Notes: generated by a model from the letters alone, not told the origin. A stretch of 50,147 bases of DNA from Thermoanaerobaculia bacterium (GCA_050745445.1 JBOGJN010000212.1:1-50147), one strand, 5' to 3'. Positions 26,581 to 36,102 are shown, numbered from the stretch's first letter. A program made the numbers and translations.

Positions 26581-27207
26581 CTAACGAAAGTCCTTTCGGA
26601 CGCGCGCCAAACGCGCCGCCTGTCGGGCCGAGGTCAAACGCCGGGCCCGAACGATCGATTCTAACTCAAGAGTGGCCCGATCCAGGTCATCGTTGACGAT
26701 GACGTAGTGAAATTCATGAGCCTGCTGGACTTCCCTGGCTGCGTTGATCAGCCGCTTCCGGATCGCCTCTTCGCCGTCCAGACCACGGCTCCGAAGACGC
26801 CGTTCGAGCTCTTCCGGGGATGACGGGACAATGAAGATCGCGACCGCCTCGGGCAAGACGCTTCGAATGTCTCTGGCCCCTTGCACGTCGATGTCGAGCA
26901 CGACGTCCTGCCCGCCCGCCAGACGCGGCATCACTTCGGCGCGGGAGGTTCCGTAGATCTGGCCGTGCACCTCGTTGTGCTCCAGGAACTCTTCCCGCTG
27001 CACCATGCGTTGGAATTCCTCGACACCCACGAAGTGGTACTCCCGGCCGTTCTCCTCCCCTTCCCGCATCGGGCGGGTCGTGTGAGAGACGGAAAAGTAG
27101 AGCGGCGGGCCCGGAGAATTTCCCAGCAGCCGCCGGATCAGCGTGGTTTTGCCCCCTCCCGACGGAGAGGAGACGATGAAGAGATCTCCTCGGCCGGCGA
27201 CGCTCAT
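26581..27207 (-). CDS. gmk: Guanylate kinase
   Basis: P-loop SSPSGGGKTTL, TTRPMREGEENGREYHFV, and the guanylate kinase fold throughout. Confidence 0.95.
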   Translation of the reverse strand: MSVAGRGDLFIVSSPSGGGKTTLIRRLLGNSPGPPLYFSVSHTTRPMREGEENGREYHFVGVEEFQRMVQREEFLEHNEVHGQIYGTSRAEVMPRLAGGQDVVLDIDVQGARDIRSVLPEAVAIFIVPSSPEELERRLRSRGLDGEEAIRKRLINAAREVQQAHEFHYVIVNDDLDRATLELESIVRARRLTSARQAARLARVRKDFR

Positions 27208-28091
27208 TCGACGTTTTGGACCTGCTCCCGGATCTTTTCGGTCTCGGCCTTCATCTCCAGGACCTCGCGGACCGACCGCAGGTCCCGGGCCTTGGAGCCC
27301 AGCGTATTGAGCTCCCGGAGGATCTCCTGGGACAGGAAGTCGAGCTTTTTTCCGACGGGCTCGGCGGAGGAGTCGATCAGCTGCGCGAACTGTTCCAGGT
27401 GACCCTGGAGGCGTTGCAGTTCCTCGGCGATATCCGAGCGTTCAGCCAGCAACGCCGCCTCCTGCTCGAGCCGCCCCGAGTCCATCGGGACCTCCGGGAC
27501 GAGCGCCTGGAGACGCTCCCGCAAACCGGAGAGGATCTGCCGTGTCAGCTCTTCCCGGCGCGCGGCGAGCCGCCCCAGCCGTTCCTGGAGGAACGCGATT
27601 CTCTCCCGAAGATTGGTTGCGATCAGAGCCCCTTCGCTCTCTCGCATGCCGGACAGCGCGCTGGCGCACTCCTCGGCCAGGGCCTCGAGGCAGGCGATCT
27701 CCTTCGGGGAGAAATCCGCCGACCCGTCCTCCACCGTGACCATTTGCGGAACCGTCAGCAGGTCGCGCACCTCGACTCTCTCCGCGATCGGGTACTTCTT
27801 CGCCAGCTCGCCGACCCGCCCGAGCAGGCTCTCGAAAAGCCCTTCGTTGATGGACACCCGCGGCGTGAGGGGGCGCGGCCGCGTCCAGCGCAACGCCACC
27901 TCGACCTTTCCGCGGGCCACGCGCCTCGAGTAGACGCGTCGCAGCACAGGCTCGAGGACGGCCTCCGTGTCCCTCACCTTGACGGCCACGTCCAGGAACC
28001 GGTGGTTGACGCTCCGCACGGAAAGCTCTGCCATTGCGTCTCCGACAGGCCCGCGCGCCTGTCCGAACCCGGTCATGCTGCGCAGCGTCAT
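27204..28091 (-). CDS. yicC: YicC-family stress-induced protein (putative endoribonuclease)
   Basis: MTLRSMTGFGQARG N-terminus and C-terminal KKLDFLSQEILRELNTLGSKA..EVLEMKAETEKIREQVQNVE. Confidence 0.9.
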   Translation of the reverse strand: MTLRSMTGFGQARGPVGDAMAELSVRSVNHRFLDVAVKVRDTEAVLEPVLRRVYSRRVARGKVEVALRWTRPRPLTPRVSINEGLFESLLGRVGELAKKYPIAERVEVRDLLTVPQMVTVEDGSADFSPKEIACLEALAEECASALSGMRESEGALIATNLRERIAFLQERLGRLAARREELTRQILSGLRERLQALVPEVPMDSGRLEQEAALLAERSDIAEELQRLQGHLEQFAQLIDSSAEPVGKKLDFLSQEILRELNTLGSKARDLRSVREVLEMKAETEKIREQVQNVE

Positions 28092-29956
28092 CGCGGGACC
28101 GCCGGGACGGCTCCTGCCGCGTCGATTTCTGTGAAGTACTGCATGTCGTGGAGCCTGCGGTAGAGACCCTGCCGAGTCAAGAGTTCCTGGTGGGTGCCCG
28201 ATTCCACGATCCGCCCCCGATCCAGGACCAAGATGCGGTCGGCCCGGCGCACCGTCGAGAGCCGGTGCGCGATCACGAGCGTCGTGCGGTCCTTCATGAG
28301 GTTGGCGAACGCCCGCGCGATGAGCCCCTCCGCCTCGGCATCGAGCTGCGAGGTCGCCTCGTCCAGGATCAGGATCGGGGCATCCTTGTAGAGGGCCCGC
28401 GCGATCGCGAGACGCTGCTTTTGCCCGCCGGAGAGACGGTCCGCGTTTTCCAGCAGTCGCGTTTCGTACCCGGAGGGCAGGCGTTCTAGAAACTCGGCGG
28501 CGTAGGCCGCGCGGGCGGCGGCCCGGACCCTCCCTTCCGGCGGCGAGGTCTGGCCGTAGGCGATGTTCTCGCGCGCGGTCGTGTCGAACAGGACCGTTTC
28601 CTGGGTCACCAGGCTCATCTGTCCGCGCAGGGAGGCAAGCGTGGCCTCTCGCAGATCGATCCCATCGAGAGTGATCCGGCCCGCAGTCGGGTCGTAGAGG
28701 CGTGGTAGGAGGTTGACCAGCGTCGTCTTGCCGGCACCGGAGGGCCCCACGATGGCCACCGTCTCTCCTCGCCGGATGGTCAGCGTGACGTCCCGGAGCA
28801 CCGGCTCCTCCCCGTACCCAAACGTAACGTTCTCGTAGCGGATCGCCTCGGCAAAAGGCGGGAGCGGCCGCGCATCGGACCGGTTGCTCCCCTCGATCTC
28901 CCGGTCCATCAGCTCAAACACGCGTCCGGCGGCCGCCAGGGCGATCTGCACCGCCATATTGATTCGCGTCACGTCCTTGAGTGGCTTGTACATCATCATG
29001 AGCGCCACCAGGAACGAGAAGAGGTCTCCCACATTCATGCGGCGGGCGTGGATTTGCGCCGCCGCGTAGATGAAGAGCGCGGAGAAACCGATCCCGGCCA
29101 GGATCTCGATCAGCGGCGAGTTCAACGCCTGGAGCCGGACGGTACGGCGAGTCACCCGAAAGTAGCGCTCGTTGGCTTCGTCGAACCGCCGCGCCTCGAA
29201 CTCTTCCATCCCGAACGTCTTGATGACGCGATGCCCGCGCAGCGTCTCCGAAAGCAAACTCCCCATCTCGCCGATACGCTCCCGGGCGGCGGTCGCGGCG
29301 CGACCCAGGCGGCGGGTGTTGTAGACGATCGGGAGGAGCAGAAAGGGCGCCAGCAGGAACGCGATCATGGCGAGGCGGGCGTTCAGCGAGAACACGTAGG
29401 CGAGCACGAGCAGCAGCGTGAGGACGCCCTGCACGAGGTCGGTCAGGTTGTTTCCGAAAGCGATCTGGATCTGCTCGACGTCGGAGAGCATGCGGCTCAT
29501 GAGGTCGCCGGTCGAGGCCTTCGAATAGAACCGGGCGGACTGTCGGAGCAGCTTGCCATAGGTGTCGCGGCGCAGGTCCCGAACCATCGAGACGCCGATG
29601 GCGTTCAACTCGAACTCGGAGAAATAGGAGAGGACGTTCTTGGAGACAAGCGAGAGCAGCAACAGAAGGACAACGGCGGCGCGAACGTCCACGCCATGGC
29701 TTTCGGCCGCCTGCCGGGCGGCCGCATAACCGGTGTCGAGCCAGCGCAGCAGCGGCGCGGTCTTGGCCCCGGCCCCGCCGCGCAGACCGGAGAGGGAGGC
29801 CGCCGTCCCTGCCCCGAGCGCATCGTCCACGACTTTTCCGATCAGGAACAGCATCGCGACCGTCGAGAGCGAAACGATCCCCATTGCGAAGAGAGCGGCC
29901 AGCGCCCGCCCACGGTAGCGTGCGAAATAGACGAGCAGCCGGCGGAGCGGTTTCAT
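28088..29956 (-). CDS. msbA: Lipid A export ABC transporter permease/ATPase (MsbA-like)
   Basis: Trimmed to MKPLRRLLVYFARYRG at 29956 (ATGA overlap with the lpxB stop). Six-TM ABC domain, Walker A GPSGAGKTT, signature LSGGQKQRLAIARA. Confidence 0.88.
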   Translation of the reverse strand: MKPLRRLLVYFARYRGRALAALFAMGIVSLSTVAMLFLIGKVVDDALGAGTAASLSGLRGGAGAKTAPLLRWLDTGYAAARQAAESHGVDVRAAVVLLLLLSLVSKNVLSYFSEFELNAIGVSMVRDLRRDTYGKLLRQSARFYSKASTGDLMSRMLSDVEQIQIAFGNNLTDLVQGVLTLLLVLAYVFSLNARLAMIAFLLAPFLLLPIVYNTRRLGRAATAARERIGEMGSLLSETLRGHRVIKTFGMEEFEARRFDEANERYFRVTRRTVRLQALNSPLIEILAGIGFSALFIYAAAQIHARRMNVGDLFSFLVALMMMYKPLKDVTRINMAVQIALAAAGRVFELMDREIEGSNRSDARPLPPFAEAIRYENVTFGYGEEPVLRDVTLTIRRGETVAIVGPSGAGKTTLVNLLPRLYDPTAGRITLDGIDLREATLASLRGQMSLVTQETVLFDTTARENIAYGQTSPPEGRVRAAARAAYAAEFLERLPSGYETRLLENADRLSGGQKQRLAIARALYKDAPILILDEATSQLDAEAEGLIARAFANLMKDRTTLVIAHRLSTVRRADRILVLDRGRIVESGTHQELLTRQGLYRRLHDMQYFTEIDAAGAVPAVPR

Positions 29957-31107
29957 GGCAGAAGCCGAGAAACGGGAATCGGAGGTTGCGAGGCGGGACG
30001 AAGATCTTCGAGAGCCTCCAGCACGGCATCGGCGGCGCGTTGGCTCCCGCCCGGAGGGCCGAGCGCCCGTGCGACGCGCGCCAGCCCTTCTTTCATCCGA
30101 CGCAACCGCTCCGGGGAGAGCAGGAGTGCCTCGGCTTCGGCCTCGAGCCGGTCCGCACAGACCTCTTTTTGCAGCAGCTCCGGAACGACCTCTTCCTGGG
30201 CGACGATATTCACCAGGGAGATCCAGGGCACCCGGACCAGGAGCCGGCCGACGGCGAAGCTTGCCGAGGAGGTGCGGTAAAGGACGATCATGGGGGTTCC
30301 GCAGAGGGCGGCCTCGAGCGTCGCCGTTCCGGAAGCGACCAGGGCGAGGTCGGCCGTCGCCAGCACCGCGTGAACGGCTTCCGAGACCAGACGGATGCCC
30401 CACCCGGCTGCGTTTTGGAAGAGGTCTTCCGACAGACCGGCGGCTCGCACGGCAATGACTTCGAGATCAAGACGCCGTGCCAGTCGCCCGGCCGCCTCGG
30501 CCATGGGCGCCCAGTGGCGCTCGAGCTCCCACCTGCGGCTGCCCGGCAGCAGAATCAGGCGGCGACGCGTTTTCCCCGGCAGCGGCGAGGGCCTCTCCAG
30601 ACCCTCGCGAACGTCGTCCACGAGCGGATGGCCGGCCCAGACGGTGTTGCCCCCGAGACGCCGGTAGATCTTCGTCTCGAAGGGAAAGAGCGTGATGATC
30701 CTGCGGGCCCTCTGCGCGATGACGCGCGCGCGCCCCGAGCGCCACGCCCACACCTGAGGGCTGACGTAGTAGAAAAGCGGAATGCGCTCGCGATGGAGGC
30801 GGCGCGCCAGGAGTCCATGAAAATCCGGGAAGTCGATCAGAATCGCGGCGTCCGGTGTGCGCCGCCGGGCCTCTTTCCTCAGGACGCCCAGCGCCCGGAA
30901 AAGCGCCGGCAATTTCTCGACGACCTCGAAGATCCCGACGACCGACAAGGCTTCGGAGCGCAGAATGGGCGATAGCCCTTCGGCCTCGAGGCGCCGACCC
31001 CCCATGCCGAATGCCGTGATGTCCGGCCGGCGCTTGCGAAGAGCGCGCAGGAGGCGAGCCCCGTGGAGGTCCCCGGAGGCCTCTCCGGCAGAGATCAGCA
31101 GGTCCAC
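29953..31107 (-). CDS. lpxB: Lipid-A-disaccharide synthase
   Basis: GTG start. MDLLISAGEASGDLHGARLLRAL N-terminus and LpxB similarity throughout (YVSPQVWAWR). Confidence 0.93.
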   Translation of the reverse strand: MDLLISAGEASGDLHGARLLRALRKRRPDITAFGMGGRRLEAEGLSPILRSEALSVVGIFEVVEKLPALFRALGVLRKEARRRTPDAAILIDFPDFHGLLARRLHRERIPLFYYVSPQVWAWRSGRARVIAQRARRIITLFPFETKIYRRLGGNTVWAGHPLVDDVREGLERPSPLPGKTRRRLILLPGSRRWELERHWAPMAEAAGRLARRLDLEVIAVRAAGLSEDLFQNAAGWGIRLVSEAVHAVLATADLALVASGTATLEAALCGTPMIVLYRTSSASFAVGRLLVRVPWISLVNIVAQEEVVPELLQKEVCADRLEAEAEALLLSPERLRRMKEGLARVARALGPPGGSQRAADAVLEALEDLRPASQPPIPVSRLLP

Positions 31108-31235
31108 GGCGTCAGATTAAACCAAGTTGAGCAGGCGGGGTGGAATTCGGCCGGCCTGCAGTGGCCGGCGCCCAGCCAGAGGCCGGTGTGATGAGCGGCG
31201 GCCGTACGCTCGAGTTCGCTCGACGGCCGTCGGAG

Positions 31236-31264
31236 AAAGGCGACCGTCGTGTCTTCGCCTTTTG
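31236..31264 (-). terminator. Candidate hairpin terminator downstream of the small membrane ORF
   Basis: Minus-strand RNA AAAGGCGA-agacacgacgg-TCGCCTTT followed by CTCC. The stem is modest and the U-tract lies partly within it. Confidence 0.25.
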
Positions 31265-31268
31265 CTGC

Positions 31269-31460
31269 CTACGAGGGGAAGGGATACATCAGCCAGGCCA
31301 GGGCAAGACCGCCGAGCACGAGGGCGGCAAAGACCTTGACGAAGAGGAGGATGCGGGCCCGTTTCTCCTGGCGCCACAGGAGCGCGAAGAAGACCGAGAG
31401 CAGCAGCGCATAGAGCGTCAGGATGAGGAAGTGGTCGGCCGGAACCACAGACGCCATCAC
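31269..31460 (-). CDS. Small hypothetical membrane protein (2 predicted TM helices)
   Basis: GGAGG lies 7-10 nt upstream of the GTG/ATG start. Two hydrophobic helices (FLILTLYALLLSVFFALLW, VFAALVLGGLALAWLMY). No known family. Confidence 0.45.
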   Translation of the reverse strand: MMASVVPADHFLILTLYALLLSVFFALLWRQEKRARILLFVKVFAALVLGGLALAWLMYPFPS

Positions 31461-31493
31461 GCCCGCGCCTCCGCTCCGAGCTCGGCGCCCGAA

Positions 31494-31521
31494 AGGCGTG
31501 AGGCGTCAGGCGTGAGGCGAA
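31494..31521. repeat. Tandem heptamer array AGGCGTG AGGCGTC AGGCGTG AGGCGAA
   Basis: Four units read directly in the intergenic region 31461..31578. Confidence 0.7.
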
Positions 31522-31546
31522 GGCCGTCGCCCGGTCCCGTTTCCGG

Positions 31547-31577
31547 GCTGAGAGCTGAGAGCTGACCGCTGACAGCT
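31547..31577. repeat. Tandem heptamer array GCTGAGA GCTGAGA GCTGACC GCTGACA GCT
   Basis: Read directly. Abuts the stop codon of the membrane-protein gene (31579). Same GCTGANA unit as at 36943..36973 and 23171..23205. Confidence 0.7.
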
Positions 31578-31578
31578 T

Positions 31579-31971
31579 TCATGTCTTTCTCCCGACCGCG
31601 ATGTCGTAGGCGTCCAGCATGAGGAGGAGGTTCATGAGTCCGGCGGTCCGCAGATACGTGCATCCGTACTCATAGGTCACGGCGAGGATCGTGCCGCCCG
31701 GGTTGTCCGAGACCATGCGGGCCCCGATGTTCAAGAGGCCGGCGCCGTAGACCGTAAAGGTCGCGAGCAGCGTCAGCGGCTGGCCCGCTTCTGGGGAATC
31801 GAGACGACCCTCGAAGGAGAGGCCGAGCAAGAACGTCGCCGTCACGATCAGCGCATAGGCGAGGGCCGTCCTGCGCCGGCCTAAATAGAGGTGTCCGGAT
31901 CCCGGGAACACCCAGGCGAGCGCCGTGGCGAGCCAGGGCCGTGGCGAGCGTTGCCCAGAAGGGGCGGTCAT
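31579..31971 (-). CDS. Hypothetical membrane protein
   Basis: Trimmed to MTAPSGQRSP at 31971 (ATGA overlap with the HIT gene stop). Three or four hydrophobic helices (ATALAWVFPGSGHLYLG, ALAYALIVTATFLLGL). Confidence 0.65.
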   Translation of the reverse strand: MTAPSGQRSPRPWLATALAWVFPGSGHLYLGRRRTALAYALIVTATFLLGLSFEGRLDSPEAGQPLTLLATFTVYGAGLLNIGARMVSDNPGGTILAVTYEYGCTYLRTAGLMNLLLMLDAYDIAVGRKT

Positions 31972-32459
31972 GGGGCGGCCGCCGCGAAGAGGGGCCGCAG
32001 TCGTCGGCGTGTGGCGGAGAGCTCCTCCGGCACCACGCGCACGTCGCCGGCCACTGTCATGAAGTTGGTGTCCCCCTTCCAGCGAGGCACAACGTGGACG
32101 TGGTAGTGGTCGGCAATGCCCGCGCCGGCTGCCGAACCGAAGTTGATCCCGACATTCAGGCCATCGGTGCCGTACTCCGAGACGAGCAACTTTTGGGCCC
32201 GCGCAACGGTTTCGATCAGCTCCGTCCGTGTCTCGGCGCTCGAGTCCGAAAGCCAGGCGTCGTGGCCGTAGGGAGCGACCATGACGTGGCCGTTGGTGTA
32301 GGGGTAGCGGTTCAAGATGACGAAGACCCTCCTGCCACGGAAGACGACGAGGGAGCGTTCCTCGTCGTCTGAGGCCGCGGCCTCGCAAAAAATGCAGCCT
32401 CCCGTTTTGCTCGCCACCAGGTAATCGTAGCGCCAGGGGGTCAAAAGGACGTCCGGCAT
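31968..32459 (-). CDS. HIT-family nucleotide hydrolase/transferase
   Basis: NRYPYTNGHVMVAP and the histidine triad DHYHVHVVPRW. Confidence 0.88.
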   Translation of the reverse strand: MPDVLLTPWRYDYLVASKTGGCIFCEAAASDDEERSLVVFRGRRVFVILNRYPYTNGHVMVAPYGHDAWLSDSSAETRTELIETVARAQKLLVSEYGTDGLNVGINFGSAAGAGIADHYHVHVVPRWKGDTNFMTVAGDVRVVPEELSATRRRLRPLFAAAAP

Positions 32460-32470
32460 GAAGACCTTAC

Positions 32471-32746
32471 CTACCGGTTGATGAGCTCCTTCAATTCCTT
32501 GCCGGGCTTGAAGTACGGGATCTTTTTGGCCGGCACGGCCACGCGGACGCCGGTCTTGGGGTTACGCCCCATCCGGGCGCCCCGCTCGCGGAGGCGGAAT
32601 GAGCCAAAACCGCGCAGCTCGATCTTCTGCCCGCCTTTGAGCGACTTGACGATGGCGTCGAACACCGTGTCGACGATGGCTTCCGCCTGTTTCTTGGTGA
32701 CGTCCGTCGCGGCCGCGACGCGCTCGATCAGTTCGGCTTTTGTCAT
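32471..32746 (-). CDS. ihfB: HU/IHF-family DNA-binding protein, IHF beta-like
   Basis: MTKAELIERV..IELRGFGSFRLRERGARMGRNPKTG..PYFKPGKELKE. Lies immediately downstream of rpsA, as in the E. coli cmk-rpsA-ihfB arrangement. Confidence 0.85.
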   Translation of the reverse strand: MTKAELIERVAAATDVTKKQAEAIVDTVFDAIVKSLKGGQKIELRGFGSFRLRERGARMGRNPKTGVRVAVPAKKIPYFKPGKELKELINR

Positions 32747-34578
32747 CGCGCGCGTCTCCGACTTGTCTTTGCCGGGGGGCTGGCGGCCTTCTTGCGCGTC
32801 GGTTTCTTCTTTGGCGCAGCCTTCCCTTCCGGCGCGGGCGTCTGCGGCGCGGGTTCGGCCGGCGCGGCCTCGGCGGCCGGCACCGCGGTCTCGGGGGGCG
32901 GGGCGGACGGCGGCGTCTCCGGCGGAACCGTCACCTCCGGCGTGGATTCCGTTTGCAGCCCCGAGAGACCCACCTTCATCTCTGCGTCGTCAATTCGAAG
33001 GATCCGGACACGCACCGGATCTCCCTCTTTGTAGTGGTCCTGCGGCTTCTGGCCGCGGGAAAGTTCGGTCTCCGAAACGTGCATGAGCCCCTCGACCAGG
33101 CCCGCGATCTGCACGAAGACTCCGAAATCCGTGACGCGCGTCACCACACCGTCCACGACTTCGCCCGGGTGGCACTTGTCCTTGAAGATCTGCCAATCGT
33201 TGGGTTGAAACTCTTTGATCGAGAGTGAGATGCGGCGGTTTTCCTGGTCAATCGAGGTGATGATGGCCTCGATGTCATCTCCCTTCTTCAGAACTTCCGA
33301 CGGGTGCTTGATGCGCTTGGTCCACGACATATCCGACACGTGCACCAGGCCGTCCACACCCTCCTCGATCTCCACGAAGGCGCCGAAGTCCGTCAGATTG
33401 CGCACCTTCCCCGAGACCCGGCTTCCGACGGCGTACTTCTCGACGACGCTCTCCCACGGGTCAGGCAACGTGTCCTTCAGGGAGAGGGAAATCCGGCGAG
33501 CCTCGCGGTTGACGTCCGACACCACCGCCTCGACCACGTCGCCCGGCGAGACAACCTTGGAGGGGTTCTTGACCTTCTTCGACCAGGACATCTCCGAGAC
33601 GTGCACAAGGCCTTCGACGCCGGGCTCCAACTCCACGAAGGCGCCGTAGTCGGTCACGTTGGTGACCCGGCCCGACACCCGGGAACCCGCCGGGTACCGG
33701 TCCGGCACGTGAGACCACGGGTCCTCCGTCAGTTGCTTGGTGCCAAGAGAGACCCGTTCGGTCTCCCGGTCGAACTTCAAGACAACGACCTCGATCTCCT
33801 CGCCGGCCTTCACCAGATCGGAGGGATGATTGACCCGGCCCCAAGACATGTCGGTCACGTGGAGCAGTCCGTCCAGGCCTCCCAGATCCACGAAGGCACC
33901 GTAGTCGGTCAGATTCTTGACCGTTCCGCGCAGGACGCGTCCTTCTTCAAGCAGCTGGAGGGTCTCTTTCTTCCTGGCCTCTTGCTCGATCTCGACGACC
34001 GCCTTGCGCGAGAGCACGATGTTGCCCCGCTTCTTGTCCACGGAGATGACCTTGAAGTCCAGGTCCTTGCCGCGCAGCGCCTCCAGGTTCTTGACCGGTT
34101 TGACATCCACCAGAGAGCCCGGCAGGAAGGCCTTCACGCCGATGTCCACGGCCAGGCCGCCCTTGATCCTGTCGATCACGCGTCCCCGAACCGTCGACCC
34201 GGAACGGTAGGATTTTTCCACCTCGTCCCAGACCTTCATTTTCTCGGCTTTGTCCTTGGAAAGGACCACATAGCCGTTCTGGTCCTCGGTGCGCTCGAGC
34301 AGGACGTCCACGGTGTCCCCGGGTTTGACCAGAACGGTGCCGGAAAAGTCGGTGAACTCGGAGACCGGGATGATCCCCTCCGACTTGTATCCGATGTCCA
34401 CGATCACTTCGGAAGGGGTAACGGTCAGGACCCGCCCCCGGATGATCTGGCCTTCTTGCAGGTTCTTGAAGGAGTTCTCGTATTGCGCCAGAAGGTGCTC
34501 GTACTCCTGGGGTGTCAGTTCCTGTTCGGCTTCCATGGATTCGTTTTCCCGACCTCCTTTGTCGTTTTCAGCCGTCAT
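32743..34578 (-). CDS. rpsA: 30S ribosomal protein S1
   Basis: Six S1 (OB-fold) repeats (e.g. GRVLTVTPSEVIVDIGYKSEGIIP, GTVKNLTDYGAFVDLGGLDGLLHVTDMSW). Has a Pro/Ala-rich basic C-terminal tail. Confidence 0.96.
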   Translation of the reverse strand: MTAENDKGGRENESMEAEQELTPQEYEHLLAQYENSFKNLQEGQIIRGRVLTVTPSEVIVDIGYKSEGIIPVSEFTDFSGTVLVKPGDTVDVLLERTEDQNGYVVLSKDKAEKMKVWDEVEKSYRSGSTVRGRVIDRIKGGLAVDIGVKAFLPGSLVDVKPVKNLEALRGKDLDFKVISVDKKRGNIVLSRKAVVEIEQEARKKETLQLLEEGRVLRGTVKNLTDYGAFVDLGGLDGLLHVTDMSWGRVNHPSDLVKAGEEIEVVVLKFDRETERVSLGTKQLTEDPWSHVPDRYPAGSRVSGRVTNVTDYGAFVELEPGVEGLVHVSEMSWSKKVKNPSKVVSPGDVVEAVVSDVNREARRISLSLKDTLPDPWESVVEKYAVGSRVSGKVRNLTDFGAFVEIEEGVDGLVHVSDMSWTKRIKHPSEVLKKGDDIEAIITSIDQENRRISLSIKEFQPNDWQIFKDKCHPGEVVDGVVTRVTDFGVFVQIAGLVEGLMHVSETELSRGQKPQDHYKEGDPVRVRILRIDDAEMKVGLSGLQTESTPEVTVPPETPPSAPPPETAVPAAEAAPAEPAPQTPAPEGKAAPKKKPTRKKAASPPAKTSRRRAR

Positions 34579-34597
34579 GGGAGAGAGGGTCCCCTCG

Positions 34598-34633
34598 CAT
34601 AAGTATTTGAATTACAAAAATATACTCTATGTT
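34598..34633 (-). promoter_or_regulatory. AT-rich rpsA upstream/leader region (candidate promoter and/or AU-rich translational leader)
   Basis: CATAAGTATTTGAATTACAAAAATATACTCTATGTT is the most AT-rich stretch of the window apart from 87..130. It lies 20-55 nt upstream of the rpsA ATG. Confidence 0.35.
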
Positions 34634-34649
34634 GCCGGAGAGAGCCGAG

Positions 34650-35327
34650 TCAACCGGCGCCCCGGATGTGCCGCTCCATCTTCGCGACCACGGCCGCCGC
34701 GTCCAGGCCGGTCGAGTCGATGAGGACATACCCCGGGCCGAGCTTTAAGGGCGAATCGGCCCGGTTCGAGTCGTCGGCGTCCCGCTGCTCGAGCTCTCCC
34801 AGAACGGTCTCGTAGGGCTGTGCAGTTCCGCGCGCGGCCAACTCCCGTGCTCGTCGTCCGGCGCGTTCGGCCACGGAAGCGGTCAGAAAGAACTTGTGCG
34901 GAGCCTGCGGAAAAACCTTTGTGCCGATGTCGCGTCCTTCCAGAACTCCTCCCCGCTCCCGCGCCAGGCGTCGCTGCAAGGGCACCAGGCAACGGCGGAC
35001 GCCCGGGATCGCGGAGACTGCCGAGGCGTAGAGCGAGATCTCCGGCTGGCGGATCGCCTCGGTCACGTCCTGCCCGTTGCAGAGCACGCGTGTTCCCCCC
35101 GCGTCCGGTAAGAGCTCGATCTGGAGAGATCCGGCCAGACTCACGACCCTCTCGCGGGTGGTGATTGGCAGGGCGATGCCGGCCTCTCTTGCGGCCAGGC
35201 CCACCGTCCGGTACATCGCCCCCGTGTCGATGTACGGAACCCCCAGCTTCTGGGCCAGCATCCTGGCCACCGTGGACTTTCCCGCGCCCGAGGGGCCATC
35301 GATCGCGACGATCAGCGGCTCCTTCAT
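34650..35327 (-). CDS. cmk: Cytidylate kinase
   Basis: IVAIDGPSGAGKSTVARMLA, YIDTGAMYR, and the (d)CMP kinase fold. Confidence 0.95.
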   Translation of the reverse strand: MKEPLIVAIDGPSGAGKSTVARMLAQKLGVPYIDTGAMYRTVGLAAREAGIALPITTRERVVSLAGSLQIELLPDAGGTRVLCNGQDVTEAIRQPEISLYASAVSAIPGVRRCLVPLQRRLARERGGVLEGRDIGTKVFPQAPHKFFLTASVAERAGRRARELAARGTAQPYETVLGELEQRDADDSNRADSPLKLGPGYVLIDSTGLDAAAVVAKMERHIRGAG

Positions 35328-36097
35328 CGCGGGGAGCCGAAGACGCGGGACGGGGGACGATGGCTGCCCACGGCCTTTCGAAGCGCTTCGACTTCTTCCG
35401 GGCGCAGCATGCGGTAGGCGCCTCTGGGCAGGCGCTCGTCCCGGATGGGTCCGATCGAGATCCGTTTCAGCTTCGAGACGGGGTGGCCGATCGCTTCGAA
35501 CATCCGCCGGATCTGTCGCGCGCGCCCTTCTCTCAGGACGACCCGAAACCAGGAGTTCCCCTCCCCTCTCCCTGCGGTCGTCCCAATCCGCTCGACCGTG
35601 CAGGAGCGCGTCGGCCGGCCGTCGATCGCGATCCCGCGTCGCAACTTCTCGAGGCGCCCCTCTTCGGGAACGCCGGAGACCTTGACCCGGTATTCCTTTG
35701 AGCAGCCGGTCGAGGGGTGCGTCACGAGGCGTGCGAGATCCCCGTCGTCGGTCAGGAGCAAGAGCCCCTCGGTCTGGACGTCCAGGCGCCCCACCGGTTT
35801 GACGGCTCGCCGCAGGCCGCCAGGCAAGAGGTCCAGCACCGTGTCGCGCTGCTCCGGGTCGGAGACGCTCGTCACATAGCCCCGTGGCTTGTTGAGGAGG
35901 ATGTAGGTTTTCCGGGCGCGCGGACGCACGCGCTTCTCGTCCAGGCGAAGCGCGTCTTTCTCGGGATCGGCGCGGTCACCGAGCCGGGCGACACGGCCGT
36001 TGACCCGGACGCGCCCCTCGCGGATCCATTCTTCGGCCTGACGACGCGATCCGAGGCCGGTTTCGGCGAGGATCTTTTGAACGCGGATCGAGGGCAT
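35324..36097 (-). CDS. rluB: Pseudouridine synthase, RluB/RsuA family (S4 domain + catalytic domain)
   Basis: S4 domain RVQKILAETGLGSRRQAEEWIREGRVRVNG. Catalytic VGRLDVQTEGLLLLTDDG. Confidence 0.9.
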   Translation of the reverse strand: MPSIRVQKILAETGLGSRRQAEEWIREGRVRVNGRVARLGDRADPEKDALRLDEKRVRPRARKTYILLNKPRGYVTSVSDPEQRDTVLDLLPGGLRRAVKPVGRLDVQTEGLLLLTDDGDLARLVTHPSTGCSKEYRVKVSGVPEEGRLEKLRRGIAIDGRPTRSCTVERIGTTAGRGEGNSWFRVVLREGRARQIRRMFEAIGHPVSKLKRISIGPIRDERLPRGAYRMLRPEEVEALRKAVGSHRPPSRVFGSPR

Positions 36098-36102
36098 TGG
36101 GA

